Positions 50,306 to 59,651 of a stretch of DNA of 64,000 bases are shown here, one piece after another (the stretch's first letter is position 1; each line of letters starts with the position of its first letter). The position numbers and the translations under genes were made by a program. The notes under the pieces were generated by a model. That model made no database searches. It was given only the letters and a program-made list of their open reading frames with translations, and was not told where the DNA came from. This stretch comes from Brevundimonas sp. GTDB lineage: Bacteria; Pseudomonadota; Alphaproteobacteria; Caulobacterales; Caulobacteraceae. The stretch spans positions 80,286 to 144,285 of the forward strand of contig NZ_JAIXTC010000018.1 in NCBI RefSeq assembly GCF_027484365.1, written 5' to 3'.

Positions 50306-51312
50306 CGGACGTCGATAGACTGGCCGATCTGCTCGGCCAGGGTCCGGTCGGAACCTTCCACACTGGTGATCCAGACGTGAACCTCCTGCGGGGTGGTCGT
50401 GCGGGTGAACAGATGCTCCAGTGCGACCCGACGGCCGTCCTCGGTCGCCACAACCGAGGCGCGGGCCCCGACCTCGACCATCTCGCCCGAGTAGATGGGG
50501 AACTGCGACGCTGGACCGGCATAGACCATGACCAGCGGCTGCTGACCCCGGCGGATCGTCCAGATGTTGAAGTTCGGACCCGGCCGACCCGTCGTGATCG
50601 TGAACCCGGCCGGCAGGTCGACTGTGAATGGCAAGGCCCGGATCGCCGGAGCGTCCAGCACCGTCACCGGCGGCGGAGGCAGCGCGGCGGGTGCAGCGAC
50701 GGGCGCGGCCGCAACGGGAGGCGTAGCGCGCGGCGCCGGTATCGGCGCCGCCACTGCCGGGGCCGTCGGGCGCGCCGCAGGCGCTGCTGTCGCCGGCGCA
50801 GGGACCATGGCGCGAGGAGTCGGAACCGTCGCGGGTGCGACTGCTGCGGGACGAGGCATGGGCGCAGCGACGGCCGGCGAAGGCGTTGTCGGGCGCGGCG
50901 TCGGCGTCGGCGTCGCCGTAACGGGCGTCGAGACCCCGGGTGCGGCGGATACAGGCGGGGTCGTCGGCGCGGGGGCCCGGGTCGGGGCTACCGGCGCGGC
51001 CGTCACGGGCGCGGGCGTCACCAGAGGCTGTGTCCGGGGCGGGTTGGCGACCGCCGGCGGGGTCAGGGGCCCGGTCCTCGGGGGCGGCGAAACCGGGGCC
51101 GCAGGGATGGGCGCGACGCGGCCGGGAGGCGGTGCGGTGGTGATCGGGGGCGAGGTGGGCGAGATCGGGCGCGGCGCCAGGGCGCCCGCAGGCGGCGCCG
51201 AGTTCAGGCTGCGGGTCAGGGCGCTGCCGACCGACGGCGCGGACTGGGCCGGTGGCTGACTTTGCCCTGCTCCGGCGATCAGGAGGGCGGCGAGGACGAG
51301 CGCATGCGACAT
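50302..51312 (-). CDS. Exported protein with ~200-aa Pro/Ala/Thr-rich linker and small C-terminal globular domain
   Basis: ATG 51312, signal-like N-terminus, low-complexity PAT region, C-terminal ~95-aa domain starting LPFTVDLP. Confidence 0.75.
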   Translation of the reverse strand: MSHALVLAALLIAGAGQSQPPAQSAPSVGSALTRSLNSAPPAGALAPRPISPTSPPITTAPPPGRVAPIPAAPVSPPPRTGPLTPPAVANPPRTQPLVTPAPVTAAPVAPTRAPAPTTPPVSAAPGVSTPVTATPTPTPRPTTPSPAVAAPMPRPAAVAPATVPTPRAMVPAPATAAPAARPTAPAVAAPIPAPRATPPVAAAPVAAPAALPPPPVTVLDAPAIRALPFTVDLPAGFTITTGRPGPNFNIWTIRRGQQPLVMVYAGPASQFPIYSGEMVEVGARASVVATEDGRRVALEHLFTRTTTPQEVHVWITSVEGSDRTLAEQIGQSIDVR

Positions 51313-51454
51313 GGCCGGACCATCGCCTTTCAGCCCATGAACGGCAAGCGTCTCGGCGGCCGGACGGGCCGCCCGCCTGATCAAGAAGGCCGGCAAAGGA
51401 TGTAAACGGAGATCGAGAAGGCGAACTGCGGTCGCCGGAGACAGAGGGCGCCGG

Positions 51455-53140
51455 TCAGGCGGCGGGCAGTTCGATCCAGAAGGTCGCGCCTTCGCCCACC
51501 ACGGACTCCACGCCGATAGAGCCGCCCTGAAGCTCGATCAGGCGTTTGGCCAGGGCCAGGCCGATGCCGTGCCCCTCGATCGCCGACCGCTCCAGCCCGA
51601 GCCGGTTGAACGGTTCGAACAACTGCGCCTGCTTGTCGCTGGACAGGCCAGGCCCCTTGTCGCTGACCTCGATACGAACGCCGTCATAGACCCGGCGGGC
51701 GCGGAACAGGACCTCCCCCCCGGCAGCGCCGTACTTCACGGCGTTCGTGGCCAGATTGCCGACGACCTGTGAGAGCCGCTGGGAATCGGCCAGGGCCACC
51801 AGACCGTCGCCCTCGCAGATGACCTTGATCGACAGCGCCCGGGCTTCCGGCCGCATCGCCGTCGTTCGTCGCACATCCTCGAGGATGCCCGGGATGTCGG
51901 TCGGGCGCATCTCGACCTTGACCGCGCCCGACTCCGCACGGGCGACGTCCAGCAGATCGTGAGACAGGGTTTCGACCTGACGGGCCGTCCTGACCAGCAT
52001 GGCGGCCATCTCGGCCTGGGTTTCGGTTACGGGACCGAGCTGTCCGGTCGACCACAGGTCTCCGATGCCGATGACCCCGCCGATGGGGCTCTTGATTTCA
52101 TGGGCGACGTTGGCGAGCAGCCGCGACTTGGCGGCCGAGGCCTTCTCGGCGCGCACCTGTCCCGCCCTCGCCCGCGCCGACAGACGGTCACGTTCCTCCA
52201 GCAGCGAGGCGACCAGCACGATCGGCAGGTACCCGAACAGGATCGTCAATTGAAGCAGGACGGCACGCTCGGCCAGGTCGCCGACGGCCAGCCCCCATGA
52301 GCCCTGACCCAGCATCAGCGAGCTCAGCGCCATCACGGAAATGACCACGAGCGCTGCAGTCGCCCCGAGGACCCTCAAACGGGCCGCGATGACGATCAGC
52401 ATGGGCGCCATGACGAAGCCCAGCGGGATGTCGACCAGAAAATAGATCGTCACGCAGACGACGATCAGCAGACCGAACAACAGCACGGTCTCGAGCGCGC
52501 GCCACAGATTGAACATCGCCCGGACGGCCCGCATGTCGAGGGCCAGGATGAAGGATCCCACCACCGCCAGGCCCAGGGCATGGCCGAACCACCAGGTCTG
52601 GAAGGTCGGCAGGAAGGGCGTCCCGCGGGCCAGCAACAGGAAGGCCCCGGCGGCCAGTCCGGCGACGGCCGGCGCGAGGCCGGCGGTGCACAGGATGAAC
52701 CGGCAGGCGCCGTCCACCGTGGCCAGGTTCAGGGTGGGGGCGAAGCGCCGGGCCAGCCAAACGGCCAGCACGATCTCCAGCATGTTGAGCGCCGTGAACC
52801 CGACCGACAGGATCGGGCCGTTGCCGGCAAGGAACTCACCGGCAAGGACGCCGAAAGCGATCAGCCCGCCGAAGGCGAAATCATAGCCGACGCCCCGGCC
52901 GCTCCTCAGCCAGACGGCGACGGCAAGGCCGTTGGCCGCCCACAACGCCGCGATCATGTCGGCCGTGCGTGCGGTTGAAATCGCCAGGATCACCAGAACG
53001 GTGACGGCCAGGACCGTCAGCATCGGGGCCAGAGGCTGGGCGAACAGCGCGGCTGCGGTGGATGTTCGACCCGGACGCGCGGAGGCGGCGGGCTCGATAG
53101 CCTCCGCATCGGTCTCCGTTATCGCGCGGGATTGAGGCAT
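51455..53140 (-). CDS. Membrane sensor histidine kinase (MASE1-like input, HisKA, HATPase; DivJ/PleC-like core)
   Basis: Multi-TM N-terminus (WAANGLA.A, WWFGHALG), H-box ANVAHEIKSP, N-box NLATNAVKY, D.GPGL, GHGIGLA, G..F. Confidence 0.92.
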   Translation of the reverse strand: MPQSRAITETDAEAIEPAASARPGRTSTAAALFAQPLAPMLTVLAVTVLVILAISTARTADMIAALWAANGLAVAVWLRSGRGVGYDFAFGGLIAFGVLAGEFLAGNGPILSVGFTALNMLEIVLAVWLARRFAPTLNLATVDGACRFILCTAGLAPAVAGLAAGAFLLLARGTPFLPTFQTWWFGHALGLAVVGSFILALDMRAVRAMFNLWRALETVLLFGLLIVVCVTIYFLVDIPLGFVMAPMLIVIAARLRVLGATAALVVISVMALSSLMLGQGSWGLAVGDLAERAVLLQLTILFGYLPIVLVASLLEERDRLSARARAGQVRAEKASAAKSRLLANVAHEIKSPIGGVIGIGDLWSTGQLGPVTETQAEMAAMLVRTARQVETLSHDLLDVARAESGAVKVEMRPTDIPGILEDVRRTTAMRPEARALSIKVICEGDGLVALADSQRLSQVVGNLATNAVKYGAAGGEVLFRARRVYDGVRIEVSDKGPGLSSDKQAQLFEPFNRLGLERSAIEGHGIGLALAKRLIELQGGSIGVESVVGEGATFWIELPAA

Positions 53141-53211
53141 TGAAAGCAACTCTGGGCGGGGACACGGGATCGTCCCTTAACCACAGCTTCCTAATATCCC
53201 CTGAAGCAGGA

Positions 53212-53844
53212 CTATCCGGCCAGGATCGCGGTCAGCCTGCGGACGGCCTCGGCAGGGCCTCCGGGATAGGACCACACCCCGGCGCTCACCGCCAGGAAGT
53301 CGGCCCCTGCTGCCACGAGGGGGGCCGCGTTGTCGATGGTGATGCCGCCGATGGCCACCGACGGGATCTCCATTGTCTCCTGCCAGATGGTCAGGATTTC
53401 CGGGTCGGGCCGATGCACGGTCTGCTTGGTGGCGGTCGGATAGAAGGCGCCGAAGGCGACGTAGTCGGCACCCTGCTCGGCCGCTTCCATGCCCAGATGG
53501 CGGCTGTCATGGCAGGTCGCGCCGATCATCGCGGTCTTGCCCATGATCCGGCGCGCCGAGGCCACCGAGGCGTCGCCCTGCCCCACATGAACTCCGTCGC
53601 AACCGAGGGCCGAGGCCAGATCCGGCCGATCATTCAGGATGACCGCCACGCCGCGGCCCTGGGCGACCGGGGCGAGACGGCGCACAGCCGCCGCGATCTG
53701 CGCGTCGGACGCCGGCTTGATCCGGATCTGCAGCGCCGCGACCGGACCGGCGTCGATCGCGCTTTCCAGCAGGCGGGCGAAAGCCTCCAGGTCGTCGATG
53801 ACGGGCGGGGTGATCAGATAGAGCTGGCAGGCGGGCGCGGACAT
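53212..53844 (-). CDS. thiE: Thiamine phosphate synthase
   Basis: [54 protein letters not shown] 53844. Confidence 0.96.
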   Translation of the reverse strand: MSAPACQLYLITPPVIDDLEAFARLLESAIDAGPVAALQIRIKPASDAQIAAAVRRLAPVAQGRGVAVILNDRPDLASALGCDGVHVGQGDASVASARRIMGKTAMIGATCHDSRHLGMEAAEQGADYVAFGAFYPTATKQTVHRPDPEILTIWQETMEIPSVAIGGITIDNAAPLVAAGADFLAVSAGVWSYPGGPAEAVRRLTAILAG

Positions 53845-53888
53845 GATGCGCAGGTGCGACGCCGGGGCGCCTGCGTCAACCCGGACCA

Positions 53889-53940
53889 TTGCGAACGCGT
53901 TGCAATCGCCCCTGGTCCTGCTATAGCGAACCAATCGCAA
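53889..53940. promoter_or_regulatory. Two Fur-box-like sites upstream of bfd
   Basis: TTGCGA-ACGCG-TTGCAA (53889-53905) and TAGCGA-ACCAA-TCGCAA (53924-53940). Confidence 0.6.
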
Positions 53941-53963
53941 CTGATGCTTCGGGGCGGCCCACC

Positions 53964-54149
53964 TTGTACGTGTGTAACTGTAACGGCCTGAGACAGCGCG
54001 ACGTGGCGCGCGCGATCGAGGCGGGCGCGACCCGCCCACGCGAAGTTTTCCAGCGCAATCAATGCGAAGCCCAGTGCGCCAAATGCGTTTGCGAAATGCG
54101 CCAGATGATTTCGGAAAGCCGCGAGATCTACGCCCTCGCCGCCGAGTAG
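53964..54149 (+). CDS. bfd: Bacterioferritin-associated ferredoxin
   Basis: TTG start, (M)YVCNCNG...QCAKC [2Fe-2S] Cys pattern, directly upstream of bfr. Confidence 0.9.
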   Translation: MYVCNCNGLRQRDVARAIEAGATRPREVFQRNQCEAQCAKCVCEMRQMISESREIYALAAE

Positions 54150-54293
54150 GCCTCAAGGTCTGCGGACCAAAATCATTCGCAATATCAATGTGCCGATAAG
54201 CGCTCGCAACTGAACACAGGCGTTTTCCTGTGCTATGTCACCCCGAATGAACGGCTCCGCCGGGGCCGCCCCTAGAGCAAGGACGACACAGCC

Positions 54294-54794
54294 ATGAAGG
54301 GCGATCCCGCGATCATCCGCACCCTCAACGCGGTGCTGACCAACGAGCTGACGGCGGTCAACCAGTATTTCCTGCATGCCCGGATGTTCGAAAGCTGGGG
54401 CCTGAAGCACCTCGGCCAGATCATCTATGACGAGTCGATCGGCGAGATGAAACACGCCGACAAGCTGATCAAACGGATCCTTTTCCTCGACGGCCTGCCC
54501 AATCTGCAGGACCTGCACAAGCTCAAGATCGGCGAGACCGCCATCGAATGTCTCGGCGCCGACCTGCAGCTGGAGCTCGGTGGTCGCGGCACCGTGGTCG
54601 CCGGCGTGGCCCAGGCCGAGGCGGCTTCCGACTTCGTCAGCCGCCAGATCCTGATGGAGATCCTGGCCGACACCGAGGAGCACATCGACTTCCTCGAGGC
54701 CCAGTTCAAGCTGATCGAACAGCTGGGCGAGCAGAACTATCTGCAGTCGGCCATGACCGAGATCGCCCCGGACAAGAGCGCGACGGGCAACTAG
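54294..54794 (+). CDS. bfr: Bacterioferritin
   Basis: MKGD, NELTAVNQYFLH, ESIGEMKHAD (haem Met), RILFL.G.PNLQ, EE.HIDFLE. Confidence 0.98.
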   Translation: MKGDPAIIRTLNAVLTNELTAVNQYFLHARMFESWGLKHLGQIIYDESIGEMKHADKLIKRILFLDGLPNLQDLHKLKIGETAIECLGADLQLELGGRGTVVAGVAQAEAASDFVSRQILMEILADTEEHIDFLEAQFKLIEQLGEQNYLQSAMTEIAPDKSATGN

Positions 54795-54796
54795 CC

Positions 54797-55682
54797 TTAG
54801 GCCAGCAAACCATTCGCGATGTCACTGCCCAGGTTCAGCATCGCGTGGGTCGCGGCAATGACTGTTATCGATCCCGTTCGCAACCAGAGCACGCCCAGAA
54901 GCAGGCCAAACACCGTCTGCATCAGGAACACTGGCGCGTATTCGAAAGCCACCTGCTGAAGGAACGCCCAATCGCCGTGCATGATCGGATCCGTCAGGGC
55001 CCCCGGGACGTGCATCAGCCCGAAGACGACGCTGGACAGGAACACGGCCTGAAAGCGTGAACCGGTCCGGTCGAGCAGCGCCGTCAAGAGCAGGACCCGG
55101 AACAGTATCTCTTCGAACGTCGCGCCGATGATGACTGCGCCAACAGTGACGATCAGCTCATGAGCCGGCGGCAGACCCGACGCCTCGGGCGACAGTGTAT
55201 ATGCGGCGTAACTCCATGCCGCTGCGAGGCAGATCGCGAGTCCGCCGAAGAGGAACAGCCTCAGCGGCCCCAGATACCTCAGTCGGGAGGGCCAGGTGAT
55301 GAGCTTGCACTTTAAAAAAAATTGCGGGAACCAGCGTGCCTGCCAGAAGATAGGTGACCATGGCCGAGGCGGGATCGGCGCGTCCTGATGCATGAAAGGC
55401 TGCGTCCCCGGCCTGCATGACCCCCAGAATCGCGAGAATGAGCCATCCGATCGGGAACAACTGATCTGTTCTCTTCGTGCTCCAGAAGGCGATCGAGCCG
55501 CCGGTCGCGAAACGTAAGGCGACGAACGCCAAGCCGAATACGACCGCCACGACCGCAGCAAATCCGGCGTGGATTTCCACAGCGAATTCGGGGTCCACGA
55601 CGCCCGGTCGCGAAACCATGACCCACCAGGTGAGCGTCGCCAGGGCAAGGGCGAGGAGTTGTGACAGTCTGCGCAAGGTCAA
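54797..55682 (-). pseudogene. CPBP/Abi (CAAX-like) intramembrane metalloprotease gene with a +1 frameshift in a T8 tract (55314-55321)
   Basis: N-terminal TM helices (LSQLLALALA...LVPAIF) lie in one frame and the FEEILFR / FGLMH motifs in another. Deleting one T joins them into a 294-aa ORF. TTG start at 55682 is tentative. Confidence 0.75.
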
Positions 55683-55765
55683 GGGCGTGTCCGGCGATGG
55701 ATGGCCCAGAAACGTGTGCGCACCCCGATCCACAACCCTATGTAAGCAGCCTCCGCAGCCGAAGG

Positions 55766-56491
55766 CTAGAGCACCTCGCGGCGGCTCAGATGGGCGACCG
55801 CGAGGGCCAGGACGACGAGGCCCAGACCGCAGCCCAGCCCCAGCGCCGTGTTCACGCGCCAGGCCTCTGTGGCCAGCATGTTGACCGGCATCTGCCAGGG
55901 GAAGAACACCCCCTGCTTCGCCGAGGTCGCCACGACCGAGAAGAAGGTCCCGCCGATCCCGACCACCAGCGCCGGCACGAAGCTGGCGAAGCGCAGCGCC
56001 GTCCATAGCTGGATGGCGACCATCAGGATGGCGGCCAGGAAGACCTTGCCCATGGTCGCGGCGTATCGGCCCAGCTCGAACGGCCCGGTGGGCGTCAGGT
56101 CCGGCTTGATCGTGGCGGCCAGCATGACCGCGCCCCAGGTCAGGACCAGGGTCAGGACGCTCATGATCGCGACCACGGCCAGGACCATCACGGCCTTGGC
56201 CGCATAGAGACGCCAGCGCGGCAGGGGCAGGCTGCGCAGGTGGTCCCACGACTTCGGGCCGTGCTCCATATGGGCGACGAGGGCCGTCAGGGCCGTCACG
56301 CTCATCGGCAGCATAAAGTAGGACCAGATGCCGATCGCACTGATCATCCACATCTCCCAGGGCCGGGGCTCCGTGCTGCGCAGAACCATGAAGAAGCCGA
56401 AGACGGCGATCAGCGACGGGGCGACGACGGCCAGGACGGCGGCCAGCGACCGGTTCAGCTTGCGGATTTCGACGGACAGGACGGCAAGCAT
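55766..56491 (-). CDS. ABC-2 type permease, lantibiotic/bacitracin immunity family-like
   Basis: About 6 TM helices; EIRKL.RS, ..EH....W..L.SLP..R..LY.AK, FFPW.MP patterns. Confidence 0.85.
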   Translation of the reverse strand: MLAVLSVEIRKLNRSLAAVLAVVAPSLIAVFGFFMVLRSTEPRPWEMWMISAIGIWSYFMLPMSVTALTALVAHMEHGPKSWDHLRSLPLPRWRLYAAKAVMVLAVVAIMSVLTLVLTWGAVMLAATIKPDLTPTGPFELGRYAATMGKVFLAAILMVAIQLWTALRFASFVPALVVGIGGTFFSVVATSAKQGVFFPWQMPVNMLATEAWRVNTALGLGCGLGLVVLALAVAHLSRREVL

Positions 56492-57435
56492 CAGACGGTC
56501 TCCGTTTGGCGTGGGGCCGCGTCGCGCGGCGCCGTGACATTGCGATAAATGCCCTCCAGCGAGGGGCTGCGCGGGCCGATGGCGAAGACCATGACCCCCG
56601 CATTGACGAGGTCGTTGTTCAGGGCCGCGGTCACCGCGTCATGGTCCGCCCCGGGCCTCAGCCGCGCGACCAGCCCGGCCGCGTCCGACGTCAGCGTCAG
56701 GTCGTGCGCCTTCAGCACCCTCCTCGCCCGGTCCGGATCGTCGACTCGCAGGCCGATCTCCGGCGCCAGGTCCGCCTTCAGCGCCGTCAGGTCGCCCTCG
56801 AGCACCAGTCGCCCGTCGTGGACGATGCCGATATGGGTCGCCGTCTGTTCGATCTCGCCCAGCAGGTGGCTGGACAAGAGCACCGTCGCCCCCGTCCGAT
56901 CCGGCAGGCTCCTGAGGAAGCGTCGCATGTCGGCGATGCCGTCGGGATCGAGACCGTTGGTCGGTTCGTCCAGGATTAGAACCGGCGGGGCGCCGAGCAT
57001 CGCCCTCGCCAGACCGAGCCTCTGACGCATGCCCAGCGAATAGTCCGCGACCTTCCGACCTCCGTTGCCCGTCATGTCGACGACCTCCAGCACCCGATCG
57101 ATCTCCGCCACCGGCAGGCCCAAAAGAACCCGCGTCAGGTCCAGGTTCTCCCGTCCGGTCAGATTGCCGTAGAAGCCGTGGGCCTCCAGCAGGGCCCCGA
57201 CCTTGCGCCCCGCGCCGATCCGGTCCCGGCCGACATCGATGCCGCAGATCCGCGCCGCGCCCGCCGTCGGTTGCAGCAACCCGAGAAGCATCTTCAGGGT
57301 CGTAGTCTTGCCCGCCCCGTTGCGCCCGAGGAAGCCATACACCGCCCTCTCCGGCACCGTCATGGACACCGCATCGACCGCCAGATGTTTGCCGAACCGT
57401 CGTGTCAGCCCCTCGGTTTCGATCGCCGCCATCAT
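56491..57435 (-). CDS. ABC transporter ATP-binding protein (BcrA/LanF-like)
   Basis: GRNGAGKTT, FYGNLTGRENL, YSLGMRQRLGLA, LDEPTNGLDP, SSHLL.E. Confidence 0.92.
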   Translation of the reverse strand: MMAAIETEGLTRRFGKHLAVDAVSMTVPERAVYGFLGRNGAGKTTTLKMLLGLLQPTAGAARICGIDVGRDRIGAGRKVGALLEAHGFYGNLTGRENLDLTRVLLGLPVAEIDRVLEVVDMTGNGGRKVADYSLGMRQRLGLARAMLGAPPVLILDEPTNGLDPDGIADMRRFLRSLPDRTGATVLLSSHLLGEIEQTATHIGIVHDGRLVLEGDLTALKADLAPEIGLRVDDPDRARRVLKAHDLTLTSDAAGLVARLRPGADHDAVTAALNNDLVNAGVMVFAIGPRSPSLEGIYRNVTAPRDAAPRQTETV

Positions 57436-57452
57436 CCGTCCGCCCCGTTTCG

Positions 57453-57504
57453 TTTAAGTCTTATATAAAGTTGCAAAGATCGCTTCTTTAAGTCAAGATT
57501 AAAG
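57453..57504. promoter_or_regulatory. Twin related operator-like sites in the divergent promoter
   Basis: TTTAAGTCTTATATAAAG (57453-57470) and TTTAAGTCAAGATTAAAG (57487-57504), 34 bp apart. The second is the palindrome CTTTAA-N7-TTAAAG. Confidence 0.65.
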
Positions 57505-57527
57505 ATGAGACAGGAAACCCGCGATCC

Positions 57528-58025
57528 ATGACGACCCAGGACTTCACCCGTTTCCGCCGCATGTGCGGCCAGTTTCGCTGGCTCGCCGTCTTCATGGTGT
57601 GCAGCGTGGGGGCCATCCTGGCGCTGATGCACCTCATTGCGCCGGCAGTCCTGACCGCGCGGGGCGACACCCGGATCGACCCCGCCGTCTGGCTGGAACA
57701 GGCTGTCTGGGCGACGCCCACCCTGTTCTATCTCTTCGCGGTCTGGTCGATCGGGTCCGCCATGGGTCAGCTCGCCAGAGGCCGTCTGATCCAGCCGATT
57801 CTGGGCAGGGCCTTGCGTCATGTCGGGATCGCCCTGGGTCTCGGCGGTTTGCTGAGCGTGTTCGGCGTTGCGAACATCTCGAGACTGCTGGGTGGCCAGG
57901 GCAGCTTCGCCTATTTCGACGTCGCCGGGATGACCCTCGGCATGATCGGCGGTGCCCTGTTCCTGCTCGGCCGGGTGGTGGATCAGGCCGATCGCATCCA
58001 GTCCGAGCTGGATGAGATGATCTGA
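57528..58025 (+). CDS. DUF2975 family membrane protein
   Basis: 4 TM helices, C-terminal GR..DQA..IQSELDEMI, translationally coupled to an HTH gene. Confidence 0.85.
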   Translation: MTTQDFTRFRRMCGQFRWLAVFMVCSVGAILALMHLIAPAVLTARGDTRIDPAVWLEQAVWATPTLFYLFAVWSIGSAMGQLARGRLIQPILGRALRHVGIALGLGGLLSVFGVANISRLLGGQGSFAYFDVAGMTLGMIGGALFLLGRVVDQADRIQSELDEMI

Positions 58026-58267
58026 TGCCGGTCCGTGTCACCCTTGACGGGCTGATCGTCGCAAGAGGACTCAAGGCGCGGGACCTCGCCGCCGAGGTCG
58101 GGCTCAGCGAGACCCAGCTGTCCCTGTTTCGCTCCGGAAAGGTGAAGGGCATCCGCTTTTCGACCCTCGCCCGCATCTGCGCCGCCCTGAACTGCCGGCC
58201 CGGCGACCTGCTCGACTACGACCACGACCCGGCCGATCTCGCGCGCGACGATGACGAGGCCACCTGA
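58025..58267 (+). CDS. XRE/Cro-C1 family (YozG-like) transcriptional regulator
   Basis: LAAEVGLSETQLS....GKVKGIRFSTL..IC.AL.C.PGDLL. Confidence 0.92.
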   Translation: MPVRVTLDGLIVARGLKARDLAAEVGLSETQLSLFRSGKVKGIRFSTLARICAALNCRPGDLLDYDHDPADLARDDDEAT

Positions 58268-58333
58268 GCCGGAACCGCCCCCGGAACCGCAAGGCGCGCC
58301 GGCCATTCCGCTCCGGACTGCAGGAGCGAGGCC

Positions 58334-58891
58334 ATGGCCGACATCGACGAGACCCTGGACGACGTGCGCGAGGCCGCCGCTGATTTCCTCAACGCCGGTC
58401 AGCGCAGCCCGGCCCACGTGGCCTTGGGGGTCGCGGCGACCGTGGGGTTCGCCCTCCTCGCCACAGCCCTGGCCAGCGGCGCAGTCCAACCTCCGCGCCG
58501 CACAGTCGCCCAGTTGCGGGACGGCGACGCCCCTGTGGCCGAGCGCCCGCGCGGAGCCTTTAGCCTGATCCTGCCCGCGGTCTTCTCGGCGACCACGCTT
58601 TCGGCGGTCCGGGTCTGGAACGCGCCGTCCACCAGGACCCGCAACAGCGCCTTGATCCTTTGGGCCGGGGCGCAGGCCATCAACGCCCTGTGGATCGCCC
58701 TTCGACCGGCCGGCCGGGGCATGCAGATCGCCGCCGCGATGACCTCCGCAGGCCTCGCCGCCGCCTTTGCCCACGAGGCGCGCAAGCTGGATTCGACCGC
58801 AGGCAAGCTCGCCAATCCCACCGCGCGCGGGGTCGCCTTCGCCAACGCCGTCGACCGCAAGGCCGGGGTCCGTGAGACGACCGTCCACTGA
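58334..58891 (+). CDS. Divergent TspO/MBR-like membrane protein
   Basis: AGGAG RBS; TM segments with SAVRVW and Q.INALW patterns resembling TspO; several Trp/Pro motifs degenerate. Confidence 0.55.
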   Translation: MADIDETLDDVREAAADFLNAGQRSPAHVALGVAATVGFALLATALASGAVQPPRRTVAQLRDGDAPVAERPRGAFSLILPAVFSATTLSAVRVWNAPSTRTRNSALILWAGAQAINALWIALRPAGRGMQIAAAMTSAGLAAAFAHEARKLDSTAGKLANPTARGVAFANAVDRKAGVRETTVH

Positions 58892-58976
58892 ACTTGCCCT
58901 GACGACCTGCTTCCTCTAGGGATCGCGCCCGATTTCGCGCGTCGTACCGGCTGCGCCCCAACCCCCTGTGATTCCC

Positions 58977-59546
58977 ATGGCGAAAATCAACGGCAACACC
59001 ATCAAGCCGGGCATGGTCCTGCAACACAACAACGGCCTGTGGGTCGTGACCAAGGCCAGCCACGTCAAGCCCGGCAAGGGCGGCGCCTTCGCCAACGTCG
59101 AGGCCAAGAACCTCGAGACCGGCAACAAGCTCAACGAACGCTTCCGCTCGGAAGACAAGGTCGAGCGCGTCACGTTGGAACAGAAGGATTTCTCCTACCT
59201 GTATGAACAGGGCGACGCCCTGGTCTTCATGGACGACGCCACCTACGAGCAGATCGAACTGCAGAAGGACTGGGTCGGCGAGGATTCGATCCCCTACCTG
59301 CAGGACGGCATGAAGGTCGTCATCGAGATGCACGAGGACCGTCCAATCGGCCTGAGCCTGCCCGATCAGGTCACCGTGACGGTCGCCGAGACCGAGCCGA
59401 CGGTGAAGGGCCAGACCGCCTCGTCGTCCTACAAGCCCGCCATCGCCGACAACGGCGTGCGCATCATGATCCCGCCGTATATGTCGGCCGGCGAGCGCAT
59501 CATCGTCGATACCACGACCGGCGAATACGTCCGCCGCGCCGAATAG
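58977..59546 (+). CDS. efp: Elongation factor P
   Basis: [44 protein letters not shown]. Confidence 0.98.
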   Translation: MAKINGNTIKPGMVLQHNNGLWVVTKASHVKPGKGGAFANVEAKNLETGNKLNERFRSEDKVERVTLEQKDFSYLYEQGDALVFMDDATYEQIELQKDWVGEDSIPYLQDGMKVVIEMHEDRPIGLSLPDQVTVTVAETEPTVKGQTASSSYKPAIADNGVRIMIPPYMSAGERIIVDTTTGEYVRRAE

Positions 59547-59651
59547 GCCGACGCACAACCGACGACCGGAGGCGCATGTCGCGCCCCTGTGAACTTCTCC
59601 GTCTGCCCGGGCGCCAAAGCCTTTTCAGGACACACGGACCAGGAGATCCCC

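Noticed and set aside
58272-58287. GAAC-N8-GAAC as an SOS box
   Set aside because: The spacer is 8 rather than 7; it fits an ECF -35 duplication better.
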